Positions 1 through 11,977 of a stretch of 64,000 nt of DNA are shown here, in pieces (position 1 is the first letter of the stretch; the number at the start of each line of letters is the position of its first letter). A program made the position numbers and the translations under genes. The notes below the pieces were generated by a model. That model did no database searches, was not told where the DNA came from, and was given only the letters and a program-made list of their open reading frames with translations. Origin of the DNA: Heteronotia binoei (lineage: Eukaryota); the NCBI RefSeq assembly GCF_032191835.1, contig NC_083237.1, positions 67,642,001 to 67,706,000 on the forward strand. The letters run 5' to 3'.

Positions 1-1430
1 CTTTACAATAATTTGGGGACTAATTGTATCACCTAGAGGACAACTGTTAGGAAGAATAGCAATAGTTCTTTATTAGGAAGAATAGTAATGATCAAGATGA
101 ATATTCTACCAAGAATACTTTTTTTATTACAAATGATTCCAATTAAGCTTTCTAAGAACTTCTTTCAAGAGCTGAACGGACTGGTGTCTAAATTTATTTG
201 GCAAAATAAGAAGCCCAGAATAAAACTGAAAGTGTTCCAAGATTCTCAAGAAAGAGGAGGTCTGGCCCCTCCGGACTGGCAAACATCTCATAGGGCATCA
301 GGCTTGGTTTGGCTACAAGACTGGATTTTGTTACGAAATAAAAGATTACTGTTACTACAAGGTTCAGACCTGAATTTGGGATGGCATGCATTCTTTTGGT
401 ATGCTAAACCAGAAAGCTATAAGAATTTAAAAAATCATGAAATAATTAGCTCTTTATTCAATGTCTGGAGCTGTCTAAAACTCCAAATATAAAGAGATAC
501 CCAAATGGGTTTCTCCCATAGAAGCATTCAAACTTATTAGGCCTACAAAAAATATGGAGACTCCCCTCCTTTCAGACACAGATGACCTAAAGACGGATGA
601 CGAATTAAGCTGACAAGATATAATATTAGATCAGTGGACAAAGCTTCAAATAAAATCTAGATGTGCAAAGGACAAAGTTTTGCCAAAAACAATCCCTTTT
701 CGATAAGGTAATGTTTGGACCAGAAAACAAACTAATAACAAAAATGTAGAACTTTCTCTAAGTCTAAAGATACAAAATGAGAGTGTAAAAGACAGTGTTT
801 GTTAAACGGGCTCAAAACTTGGGACATAGTATAAATCTGGGAGAAAGTTTGGAAATGTAATATAAAAATGACTAGATCAATGGACTTAAAAGAGAATATT
901 TACAAAACGTTTTATAGATGGTACTTAACTCCAGACAAACTAGCAAAAATTTATCAGAATATGTGAAATAAGTGTCGGAAATGTAAGACTGCAACAGGAA
1001 CTTTTTATCCTATCTGGTGGTTGTGTGATGGAGCAAAATCTTATTGATGGTACATGGTACTATTACAAAAGATTTTGAAGATACAAATTAGATTCCAAGC
1101 AGAACTTTTCTCATTAAATATGCTACCAGAGAATTGTTCCAGACAGATCAAAGCGTTTTTGACGCAAGCAGTGACTGCAGTCAGAATGACGTGCGCTAAA
1201 TATTGCAAATCATATGAAATATCGACAAAAGATGAGCTGTTAAGCTAAACTACTAGACCTTGCAGAAGTAAGATACCTCCTCAGCTAGGCTGAAAGACAT
1301 TAATTTGTGTGAAACAAAGGAAACATGGGAACCATTAGATAGTTGGTTACAGGATACTACACAAATCCCCAAAATCTGATAAAAATGTGACGTGTGATAA
1401 ATATTGCTATATAAAAATATATTCTTGTCT
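1..1430 (+). mobile_element. L1 ORF2 3' fragment, degenerate
   Basis: KMNILPRILFLLQMIPI...FIWQNKKPRIK...GGLAPPD, a downstream Cys-rich/WW remnant, and many stops. Confidence 0.85.
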
Positions 1431-1472
1431 TAGTAGGAGTTTAAGAGATGTTAATGATTAATGAATTATAAC

Positions 1473-1592
1473 GGGTGGCCAACGGTAGTTCTCCAGATGT
1501 TTTTTGCCTACAATTCCCATCAGCCCCAGCTGATGGGGCTGATGGGAGTTGTAGACAAAAAACATCTTGACAGCTACCGTTGGCCACCCCTG
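1473..1592. mobile_element. Palindromic MITE (hAT-like ends)
   Basis: GGGTGGCCAACGGTAG...CTACCGTTGGCCACCC terminal inverted repeats; nearly the whole 120 bp is a hairpin. Confidence 0.7.
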
Positions 1593-1734
1593 CATTATAA
1601 GATGAGAATGCAGAAAAAATGTTATGATTGCTGATGATTGTAGAGAATATGAAATGAATAACGGATAAGTAGAAATATTGTAATAAAATAGAATCATTTC
1701 CCTTACCTTTTCACCTTTCCCTTTACCCTGTTTT

Positions 1735-2000
1735 AAGAAGATTTTGGATTTATATCCCGCCCTATACTCTGAATCTCAGAGTCTCAGAGCGGTCACAAAC
1801 TCGTCTACCTTCCCCCCACCCCCACAACAAACACCCTGTGAGGTAGGTGGGGCTGAGAGTGCTTTTACAGCAGCTGCCCTTTCAAGGACAGCTTCTATGA
1901 AAGCTATGGCTGACCCAAGGTCATTCCAGCAGGTGCAAATGGAGGAGTGGGGAATCAAACCTGATTCTCCCAGATAAGAGTCCACGCACTTAACCACTAC
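1735..2000 (-). mobile_element. Squam3-like tRNA-derived SINE
   Basis: Body and tail (GGCGGGATATAAATCCAA..TCTTC) shared with copies at about 14385-14590, 17195-17770 and 25803-26040. Family name from memory. Confidence 0.8.
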
Positions 2001-2652
2001 AATGAATAATTAACCTATTTATTCCTATTTTACCTGAAAACCTAACAAAACTATTTAAAATGAAGGAGAGTCCTGCCCACTCTCACCTCCCGCATGGGCT
2101 GTCTTGACTTACTAAAAACCACTATGGGGGATCCTGGGATGAACTTCTGCTTCAGCTATTTTTTTTTCGGGGTGGGGGGGTGGGAAGGAGGTTAAAGGCA
2201 TAGAGAAATTGCTTTACAGTTTTTCCTTTAGGAGAAGCATATTTGCACATTAGCAAAGAAGGTATTCCAATTATGGCCACTTAACAGTTTTCTTTCTGAA
2301 ACTGAAGCACTTGCTAGTGCCAGGGAACCTACTAGTCGCCCTTCCCCAAGATCTCCTGGATTTTAGCAGCTTGGGGCAGTAAACATACCGTGGGTACAAT
2401 TTAAGCTTTTCACAGAATTCGCGAACAGGGATTAGCCAAATATGAACCCAGGAGATGGTAAAAGTGCCTCTAAAACTCAGGGTGGTAAAAATGTTAAGGA
2501 AAGCAGAAGACTGAATAATGGTTTCGTTCAGAACTCACAATCTTACCTATGTTACATCTGTAAATATGGCTTACATAAAGGACCCTGAATGTTATCTTGG
2601 GAAATACAACAAAATGATAACAATGAACAAACAGTAATAAAAGATAACTCAC

Positions 2653-2805
2653 TGCAGGCTTGATGCCTGTGAGGAATCTCCCCATCACAAACCCCCCAGA
2701 TCTGGGGGAAAAGTCGTAGGGCTGGAAACACGGCAACGATTTGCCAGAGGGCATCAATGGAGGCCTTCGACCTTCTAACTCAATCTGGCCCAGCAAACAA
2801 GAAAT
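2653..2805 (-). CDS. POLR1A: POLR1A exon 20 (last exon in window)
   Basis: [27 protein letters not shown]...[10 protein letters not shown]; 153 nt. The next exon (EFFFHCMAGREG) was not found in 1-2652. Confidence 0.97.
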
Positions 2806-4421
2806 CTTTAGGAAGCACAGAGAGAGAGAGAGAGAGAGAGATGACAATGCAAAGCTAAAGTTAGTTTATTCTGTCAACTCCATGCAATTCCCTGCCCCCC
2901 CACACACCTTCTTTCATGCACCAGTTTGGTCCCACAAGTGCCAGCTTTAATCCCATGAGGAGTCAACAACAACAACAGCCATTTCTGTGCATTATTTTCT
3001 TATTAGTATTTGAAGGAGCGAACATGAAAGGAAGGAGAGGGGTGCAGGGGCCACAAAGCAAGAGTTTTCCATATGGACTAATTTCTGCAATCAGTTTCAG
3101 ACCCAAGGAATGGTTGTTGACAAGCAGTGCTCAGCTCTCCCCCCTCAGGAAGGCAGCCAGCCAGGGGAGGGGGGGAGGGGCCCCACCTTGGGCAGGGATC
3201 TGGCAGGGAGCCTGAGGGCCAGGCCTGGAGTTCTGCAGCCCTGCTGGGAGGAAAAAACTTTGGAGGGGGATGATGGGTGATGAAAGAGCACTTTAAAGTA
3301 GCCATGTCCTCTCCTTTGCTCTGTGAATGAAGGGTTTTACACTTGGTGGATGCTCAGAGATTAAGCTCAAACTGCCTTCACAGGTTGTCTGATCAAAAGA
3401 AAGAGCTCCCCCCCCCACCATTCCTTCTGGATTCCAAGCTGCAGTTTGGTGGTTGTAAAGACCACCATACAAGGAATGCAACCAGACATGCCACAGGAGA
3501 GCCAGGAGGCAAAACCCTAGTGAATCAGTGCTGGGAGCACAGTTGGGGGGACCTGAGGAAGAATCAGGGCTCCCCCCTTTTAAGAGGGAGGCAGGGATTC
3601 CTGGCATTTGGTGGGTGGGGCATTCTGAGTAAGAGGCTTGAGAGAGACGCCAGGCTGGAGCACACACAGGCCCACAGGCGGGAGCAGCCAGACAGAGAAG
3701 AAAGGAACAGAGATCATCAGAATCTGAGCAACCAACCTGAAGCCATTAAGATGTTTCTGTCTCTCCAACCCAGAGAGAAGCTTTAGATCTAGAGAAAGTG
3801 GTCTGCATTCATACAAACTTCATTTTCTCTACACTGTTTATGCTTTTAATTTATTGTATTAATTGACTGTTTAGATACTTCGATAAAATTCCCTTTTAAA
3901 AAACTGGAGTCATATGGTCTCTGGAAACCATGATCAAAGCCCCAAAGCATTCTGGAGAATCAGAGTTGGAAGGGACCTCCAGGGTCATCTAGTCCAACTC
4001 CCTGTACAATGCAGGAAACTCACAAATACCTCCCCCTAAATTCACAGGATCTTCATTGCTGTCAGATGGCCATCTAGCCTCTGTTTAAAAACCTCCAAGG
4101 AAGGAGAGCCCCAGAAGTCTGGCTGATTGGGATGTATCTCCAACAAGTGAGATTTCCAAAACTTTCTGACTTTTGGCCAATTTCTCTGACCTTCCCTGAC
4201 CAATTTCCATTTCCCTGACCTTCCCATCTTTCCAGAAAATGGCAACCCTGACTGAAGAAAGTGCCCCCCCCCCCCAAAAAAAAGCCCTGGGCTTCCCCTT
4301 GAATTTTTCCAGCTTCTTCTCAGGCCTACACAGCTCTATTAAGAAGAAAGTCCTGAACTTAAATTCACAGAAGAAAAAAATTATGAACCTTACAACATTT
4401 TTTAAAAAACAGTTGTAATAC

Positions 4422-4520
4422 CTGCATAGTGTTCACGGTAGATCCTTTAGCTCCTGACTGCACCATCAACTGCAAATTATTTTCTGGGAAGCTCCGGTGA
4501 AGTCCCAGAGGCAGGCACAC
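4422..4520 (-). CDS. POLR1A: POLR1A exon 19
   Basis: [33 protein letters not shown]; 99 nt. Confidence 0.97.
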
Positions 4521-5399
4521 CTGGGTTATTTGGAGAACAGAATGAGAATCAGTCATCTCTTAAGCGATTATATTGGTTGTCTGGAAAAAATGGGAGTTGA
4601 ATGCATGCTTATTGTAACATATTTAAAATACTCCATTTTAATCTAATGTCGCTATAGCAATAAATGCTCCAATGGAAATATTTGATTAGGAGAACAATAA
4701 TGCAAGTGCGGTTTAAATGTTACATTCAAACAAATTCAAATGTTTATGCAGAATTTTTTACAGCAGCAATACTAATTTCATGCCAGTATCATGAAACTTC
4801 CCCTCTGTCTGCCTGTGTGGTCCATTCAGGACCGTCTTCCGGCCACCCCAGCAGGGGACTTCCAAGGACAGGGAGAAGCAGGGGGGGTTGGCCATGGCCT
4901 TCCTCCGTCGTGGTCTCCGGGCCAACTACTGACTCTGCTTAACTTCCAAAATTTGACCATTCCACATCCCCAAACTTCTCTTACATCATTTGAATTTAAG
5001 AAAAAGCAAAAAGGGACTGAAAACTGTTGACAAGCTAGCATACCCAAAGCACCATGCCATGGACATGGCTATCCACCCGTCTACACCAACGGGATTTTAA
5101 AACCTCAGTTTCACTGCCTTCATAGTATTACTTGTTAGTATCATACCAAATCAGTGATTGCAATTCTTCCGTCATGTGAGAGGAAGCGTACAAACAGCCG
5201 CCCTGAGCCTGTCAGGGGAGAGTGGGATAGAAACCTGATTGAGTGAATGAATGAATGAATGAAGGATTGCAACTTTGCTTTCAATTTCATCTGCCCAGTC
5301 CAATCAGATGAATTCATACCTTTTAAACAATCTGTACTATTGAATTTATTCATTCAGATATATAAATATCCCTACTTGTCTCACCCCAACCTAGCCACA

Positions 5400-6058
5400 G
5401 TAATGCATGCAAGGATCACCTCTACAACAGACTACTGCAACTTCCGCTATGAAGGCCTCCTCTTGTGCCTGACTTGGAAGCTCCATCTGATCCAAACGTG
5501 GCTGCATGGGTCTTTCCCCAGACGGCACATATTCAGCCTCTGCCGGGGGAGCTGCACTGGATTCCAGATCAGGTTCAAGGTTTTGGTTCTGACCTTTAAG
5601 GCCCTTGGCAGTCAGGGACCCACATGCTTTTGGGATCACCTCTCGCGGCACGCCTGCAGAGCTCTGGAAACAAGAACTTCCTAGTGGTCCCCAAACGGAG
5701 AGAGATCCAGCTGTCCTCAACTAGGGCCAAGGCTTTTTTGGCCCTGGCCCTCCCCTGGAGGAACATCTGGGTCCTGAAGGAGTTATTACCTTTCTGCAAG
5801 GCATGCAAGTCAGAGATGTCCCACTAGGCATTTGGCTGAGGGCCACACAAAATCTGGCAATCTCACCGTCCCTCGGCCCCAGTAATCCTCCCCCTAGGAG
5901 GAAACTGATTTTTGCTATTATGTGGAACTATATATTCTATTTGTTAAGGTTTTTAGGGTTTCAATGTTGATTTTAATTATTTATTGTTGTTTTTGTTGTT
6001 GTGAGCTGCTCTGAGACTCTTCGGAGTGGAGGGCGGGATATAAATCCAATATCTTCTT
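5400..6058 (+). mobile_element. L2 3' fragment
   Basis: IRFKVLVLTFKAL...RACK motifs shared with the L2 at 44401-47377. Similar fragments lie at about 7265-7705, 13400-13700 and 39000-39575. Confidence 0.75.
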
Positions 6059-6318
6059 GCAGGGAGGGGCAACCTAATAAATTCAATCTAATTTAATATC
6101 TAAATAAATACCACATCTTTATATGTCACTTTTCTTTCCAAAGGGGATTCAGAAGAGGCTTAAAACATCATAAGAGCTGCAACATAAACTATCAATACTT
6201 GTAAAAAGCTATTAGAAACAATTTATGGACATAAAAATAGCATAAAGCAACTAGAAGCAATCCTGAGGCTACCAGCAGGCTGTAAAAGAGCCAAAAAAGA
6301 TAAAGAACCAAGTCCCAC

Positions 6319-6477
6319 CTTGTTAATCTCATTGCTGTGATGGTTCACTTCCTCTTTGAATTTCAAGTCTACCCCATGGAAGTCTCTCTGGTCTTTGCTG
6401 AGGTGGGCGTCCTGCCACTTTCCCTGGACCAGCTCACAGGACGAGGAATCCGGCAAGTTAAACGCAGCTTGAATGGC
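6319..6477 (-). CDS. POLR1A: POLR1A exon 18
   Basis: [10 protein letters not shown]...[14 protein letters not shown]...[15 protein letters not shown]; 159 nt. Confidence 0.96.
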
Positions 6478-6574
6478 CTGGGAACGAGAAAGAGGGGTCA
6501 AGGCAGAGAGAACACAGGGCTCCTGGAGGAGGAGGAACCTCCCCCCCCCACCTCCAAAAGGAGCATCGACTCAC

Positions 6575-6657
6575 CTTCCTGCCCAGGCGGGTGCAGTCCT
6601 TCATGATCTTCTGTCTTCTGAGGTCTGCTTGGGGCTTGATCAAAATATCCTCAACTC
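6575..6657 (-). CDS. POLR1A: POLR1A exon 17
   Basis: (G)VEDILIKPQADLRRQKIMKDCTRLGRK; 83 nt. Confidence 0.95.
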
Positions 6658-6878
6658 CTATGACGAAAAAAGAATGTTCAGCCCCTGCAACTCTGGAAGC
6701 GGGGCCACTTTCGGTCATTTTGGGAGATGAAGAATTATTCTGGCAAACCAAGACACATTTTGTACTAGGCAAATAACTAGGTCATAAACAAAACAGAGAA
6801 GAATCTTCCAAAAGGAAGGATTAGAACTTTCCCACAGCGCAATGCAGCTCCACCTCCTGTGGCTTCTTGTCCACACAA

Positions 6879-7094
6879 GGGGGAGGGACAGTGGCTCAGC
6901 GGTAGAGCATCTGCTTCTGCTTGGTAAACAGAAGGTCCCAGGTTCAATCCCTGGCATCTCCACTAAAAACGGTCCAGGCAATAGATGTGAAAAACCTTAA
7001 CTTGAGACCCTGGAGAGCCACTGCCAGTCTGAGTAGACAAAACTGATTTTGATGGACCGAGGGTCTGATTCAGTAGAAGGCAGCTTCATATGTT
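6879..7094 (+). mobile_element. Squam2-like tRNA-derived SINE monomer
   Basis: tRNA-like head GGGAGGGACAGTGGCTCAGCGGTAGAGC...GGTTCAATCCC, body, and CR1-like tail GGCAGCTTCATATGTTC. Confidence 0.8.
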
Positions 7095-8489
7095 CACAGG
7101 CCCCACAATCCCTGGGATAGCCTCTTTTTGAGGAGCGGGGGGGGGGGGGGGGGAGGAAGGTTCATTATTTCTGTTGCCCAAAAAGAAAAGCTGATTGTGT
7201 CAAACCCACAATGGTCACTGCTTCATATTCTCCCCATATGAACCCCCCCCCCCCGCCCCCGGGTTCTGATGTCTGCTGCTCAACACTTCCTCATAGTCCC
7301 TGGTCCTAAGGACACCCAGCTGGCTTCAACAAGGGCCAGGGCCTTTTTGGTCTGGGCCCCTACCTGGTGGAATAAGCTCCTGCTGGAGATCTGGGACCTG
7401 TGGGACTTACCAAGGTTTTGCAGGGCCTGTAAGAACGAGCTCTTTAGCCAGGCTTTTAATTAATCCAGCGGGCGTCCTTTGAAGTCATCACTTCCCCCAG
7501 CATTTCACCATTATGGGGTTCTGTTACGCTGTTAGCCATCTGCCACATGCTGCTGGGTGGTTTTGTCGCCTCTGTCTGTAAGATTGATTCCTGGGCTGCT
7601 CCTGTTTTTGTAATGCTTGTTTTTATGATATCATTTTTAACTCTGTTGTTTTACTGTTGTAAGCCACCCTGAGCCCATGCAGGATAGGGTGGGATATAAA
7701 TCCAAAAACTGTCCCTTCAAATGGCAATTCCGTCTCTTGCTGCATTGTCTAAGACACCAACCTGGCTTCATTTCTTCACTATTTCTCTTAACTTTATCAT
7801 GTTCTTTATTTTACTATTTCATTCATATACCTTTGTGCAATTAATAATGTTAGGCATGTCATTTCAACAATAATCATTTATCTTCACTGTGCTTCAATAA
7901 GCCACCATGATTTGTTCCAGTTAAAATATTAGCCTTGTTCTTCTTATTGTTTATGCACTCCTCCCTGGGTTGATTGGGGGGGGGGCTTTCACAAAGGAGG
8001 GAGCATCACCACGGTCTTCCCTGTGGGGCTCCTGCCTTTCTAAGAGTGAGCCTCAAGCACTGCTGTCCTGCAGCAAGGCAGAGAGGAACACGTTGCCCAG
8101 CAATGCTCGGCACTCTGCTTAGGAGAGCATAAGGTTAAAGGAGGCTGGGCATGTTTAGCCCGAAGAGGCAGCGGAGAGGTGACAGGATCACCATCTTCGA
8201 GTACTTGAAGGGCTGTCATGAAGAAGATGGTGCAGAATTGTTTTCTGTGGCCCCAGAAGGTGGGACCAGAACCTATGGGTTGGAATTAAATCAAAAGAGT
8301 TTCTGGCTCAACATTTGGAAGAACTTCCTGGTGGAGCAGTTGCTGAGTGGAACAGGACCTGACCCAACGAAAGACTACTCTGAACGAGAGGCTGGAGCTG
8401 CACCATAGATTGCCAGGCTTAAATATCTACAGGATCTGGAAGACTGAATTCATTCAAATCCGTTACTATTCACTGAGAAGAGTTCTTAA

Positions 8490-9367
8490 TATCATATGAA
8501 GCTGCCTTATACTGAATCAGACCCTGGGTCCATCCAAGTCAGTATTGTCTACTCAGACTGGCAGCGGCTCTCCAGGGTCTCAAGCTGAGGATTTTCACAC
8601 CTATTTGCCTGGACCCTTTTTTGGAGATGCCAGGGATTGAACCTGGGACCTTCTGCTTACCAAGCAGATGCTCTACCCCTGAGCCACAGCCCCATTCATG
8701 GCTCTCCAGGGTCTCCAGCTGAGGTTTCTTCACGCCTATTTGCCTGGACCCTTTTTTGGAGATGCCAGGGATTGAACCTGGGACCTCCTGCTTCCCAAGC
8801 AGATGCTCTACCACTGAGCCACAGCCCCATTCATGGCTCTCCAGGGTCTCCAGCTGAGGTTTTTCACACCTATTTGCCTGGACCCTTTTTTGGAGATGCC
8901 GGGGATTGAACCTGGGACCTTCTGCTTACCAAGCAGATGCTCTACCCCGAGCCACAACCCCATTCATGGCTCTCCAGGATCTCCAGCTGAGGTTCTTCAC
9001 ACCTATTTGCCTGGACCCTTTTTTGGAGATGCCGGGGATTGAACCTGGGACCTTCTGCTTACCAAGCAGATGCTCTACCCTGAGCCACAGCCCCATTCAT
9101 GGCTCTCCAGGATCTCCAGCTGAGGTTCTTCACACCTATTTGCCTGGACCCTTTTTTGGAGATGCCAGGGATTGAACCTGGGACCTTCTGCTTCCCAAGC
9201 AGATGCTCTACTACTGAGCCACAACCCCATTCATGGCTCTCCAGGATCTCCAGCTGAGGTTTTTCATACCTATTTGCCTGGACCCTTTTTTGGAGATGCC
9301 GGGGATTGAACCTGGGACCTTCTGCTTACCAAGCAGATGCTCTACCACTGAGCCACCATCCCTCCCC
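8490..9367 (-). repeat. Tandem array of 6 SINE 5' halves (about 134-bp unit) ending in one complete SINE tail
   Basis: TTGGAGATGCC recurs at about 8621, 8756, 8890, 9023, 9156 and 9290. Confidence 0.92.
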
Positions 9368-9769
9368 TGTAATATCATCATCATCATCATTATCGCTTTA
9401 TTACAGTATGTAACCAGCACAAAACAGTCCAGACATATTAAAAACCAATATCAAAATATAACCATAATAATGTAAGATTTAGAAGTCAGTGTAAAAATGG
9501 AACAATAATGAAGCATTTACAAATAATTCAATAAATTATCTTAATATCTTTTATCTACCCAAGGGGCAAGCGGGCACTGAAACATTCTATTTCCATCGCA
9601 GCTAGTGTATTGTTTTTACTGTGGATGCTAAGTATTTTAATGCTGTTTTAATCAACATTAAGCCTCCCTGCTTGCAGGGAAAGGTCACCCAACAAGTCCA
9701 AAACAACAACAAGAAACAAACCAACCCAATTTTAATCAGTTATCTATAAAAACACAGAGTTTCTGTCAT

Positions 9770-9975
9770 CTACTGTATTTGTAACCCCTCCCAATATAGT
9801 ATCATCGGCAAACTTAATAAGCATTCCCTCTATTCCTTCATCCAAATCATTGATAAAGATGTTGAACAAAACAGGTCCCAGGACAGATCCTTAAGGCACT
9901 CCACTTGTCACACTTCTCCAAGAGGATGAGGAACCGTTCACAAGCACTCTTTGGGCAGTGCAATCTGTCAACCAG
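9770..9975 (-). mobile_element. CR1 RT-core fragment
   Basis: Reverse strand encodes [31 protein letters not shown]. Confidence 0.8.
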
Positions 9976-10340
9976 CCTTGTCTGGGAGGGGAGATTTAGT
10001 CATGTTTTTATGGCACAGGAGAAACGGAAGATCTTGTGCATTGCCCTCTTAAATGTCTGTCTGTCAGTTTAAAATAAATATTGGTTAATAATATATCAAG
10101 GGTTTTTTCTTTCAGTTAAACACCCACAGCACTAGCCCCCGCTCTGCATTATTTATCTATTGGGCTTCTATCCTGCCCTATCCTCACCATGTGATGGCTA
10201 CAATAGCAAAAGCTGCACTATGAGTGGTCCCTGCCTTTGGGTCACAGCAATAATTTAAGAGACGCCAATTATGAAAAACATTTTATAAGGTATTCCATTA
10301 TAGGCTGTGGCTGAAATGAAAGGACCCCCGATCTCCTCAC

Positions 10341-10524
10341 CCATCGTGAAGCCCCGGTAGAACTGCAGGTAAGCCGTGAAGAGGCGCGCCAGAGCCGTCA
10401 GCACCTTCCCACTGGTCTCGCCCCCGTAGACCTCGTGGCAGCAGTGGACCAGGCCGTAGGCAGAGCTGCCGTAGTGAGCTTTGTCCAAGACGCCACACAG
10501 CAGCTCCCCATTTTGGATGATCAC
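10341..10524 (-). CDS. POLR1A: POLR1A exon 16
   Basis: [29 protein letters not shown]...FYRGFTM(G); 184 nt. Confidence 0.97.
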
Positions 10525-11067
10525 CTGGCAGGCACACCAAACCCAGCAGTTAGGACTAGCCCATCCAGGAAGCAGCACGCATTCCTGGGCACACGGGTTG
10601 CTGTTTAGTCCAGGCCAAACAGGCACAGCTGTGCTACCACACAAATAATTCCTTTCCTCTGCACTGTGGTTAAGCATCCTCAGAGGTTACAGCAAAAGGA
10701 GTGTGTGGGAGGCAATCCCACCACTCAGGCACACAGAAAGAGACTCTTGAAGACTTTATTATGAAGTGTGTGTGGGAAGGGGGTGGAGGGAGGAACCCAG
10801 ATTCAAAGGACTCATCTTACTGACTTAAAGGCAACCCCTATTGGCATAACTGGGGGGGAAAGAGAGAGAAAAATACAGGCCAAGACAGAAGTAAACAGTT
10901 CTCATGCATTTTCTAGTACAAAAAACTTAAAGAACATAGTTACAGTCAAGTGTTAATCAGAAGGATAAAGCAAAATTGTCCCCTACTGCTTTTGATTCCT
11001 CTCTCTTCCACTCTCGGACTCCATCTGCAGAGCCAGTTCCGGACTCCAGCTGTAGCCTCCTGTAGAG

Positions 11068-11604
11068 TGTCATGATCCTGGGCCTAGTGAGGCCTGCAGG
11101 CCCCAGGGAAGCCTGCTTAGGAGTTATTGGGAAGAGCCTACATTTCCCAGGATCCCTCCTTTCCCTCTGATTGAGTGGCCAGGTTTTGGAGAGAAACTGG
11201 CTCAGAGAGGAGTGGGGCCTGGGAAGAGAAGATAAAAGGGCCAAGCCCAGGAAGGGGGTTTTCTTTTCCTGGAAGGCTGAGCTGGAGGCAGGCTGCAGCC
11301 TTAGAGAGCAGGGAAAGGTCCCACACCCAAGGGGGTAAGTGTTGGTATTAGAGCAGGGACTGTATAGATAGATGCATTAGGGCATTTGTTTTTCCCTTCA
11401 CCCTTTTAGTGTTTTATGCACCTTGTTTGTTATATCGCACTGACCTTTTAAATAAACCCTTTTTTCCCTGTTGTTCACTCTGCCTGGTCCTCACGCCTAT
11501 TATTTGGCCTAAGCCAAGGGAGGCCTGGAAGGGGACTCTGGGCCTTCTCATGGGGGACCCTTAACCCAGAGTGCTGGCAGCAATTGGTAAGACCCCCCTG
11601 AGTC

Positions 11605-11608
<4 letters not shown>
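11068..11608 (+). mobile_element. Probable solo LTR
   Basis: Begins TGTCATGA and ends TCATGA(GA), forming short inverted termini. AATAAA at 11451; about 540 bp. The terminal CA and any TSD are obscured by the adjoining (GA)n. Confidence 0.45.
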
Positions 11609-11666
<58 letters not shown>

Positions 11667-11673
11667 GAGAGAG
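11607..11673. repeat. (GA)n microsatellite
   Basis: About 33 GA units; a shorter tract lies at 2819-2841. Confidence 0.95.
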
Positions 11674-11827
11674 CGCCAGCCTCCTCATCTTTCACTGGGT
11701 TTCAAACACGTGTGATGCTCAGGGGCAGCAAATGACCAGTTTGGCTGTGGCGGTCATAGAGTTTTTCTGGTATGGAGGCTTCACAAAATGGTGAATTCTG
11801 AGGAACCTGAGGAATGCTAACCCATAC

Positions 11828-11977
11828 CTGAGATTCACACATGAAGTCGAGACCTGAGGAGCGACACCTGGGTTCAGATGCTCTCACCCAGGCTCTTCCA
11901 TCGATTTTAGCCCTCCCGGACAAATTCAGTGGAGGCCAGTCCTCTGGAATTACATTTGCCAGCAAGGTAGAAACAAC
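11828..11977 (-). CDS. POLR1A: POLR1A exon 15
   Basis: [25 protein letters not shown]...MCESQ; 150 nt. Confidence 0.95.

Noticed and set aside
1-2652. POLR1A exon 21
   Set aside because: No EFFFHCMAGREG-coding segment was found; the exon lies outside the window.
8490-9367. Cluster of tRNA genes (also 6879-6960 and 26400-26470)
   Set aside because: The heads have A/B boxes but no proper acceptor stem or anticodon arm and continue into SINE body; they are tRNA-derived SINEs.
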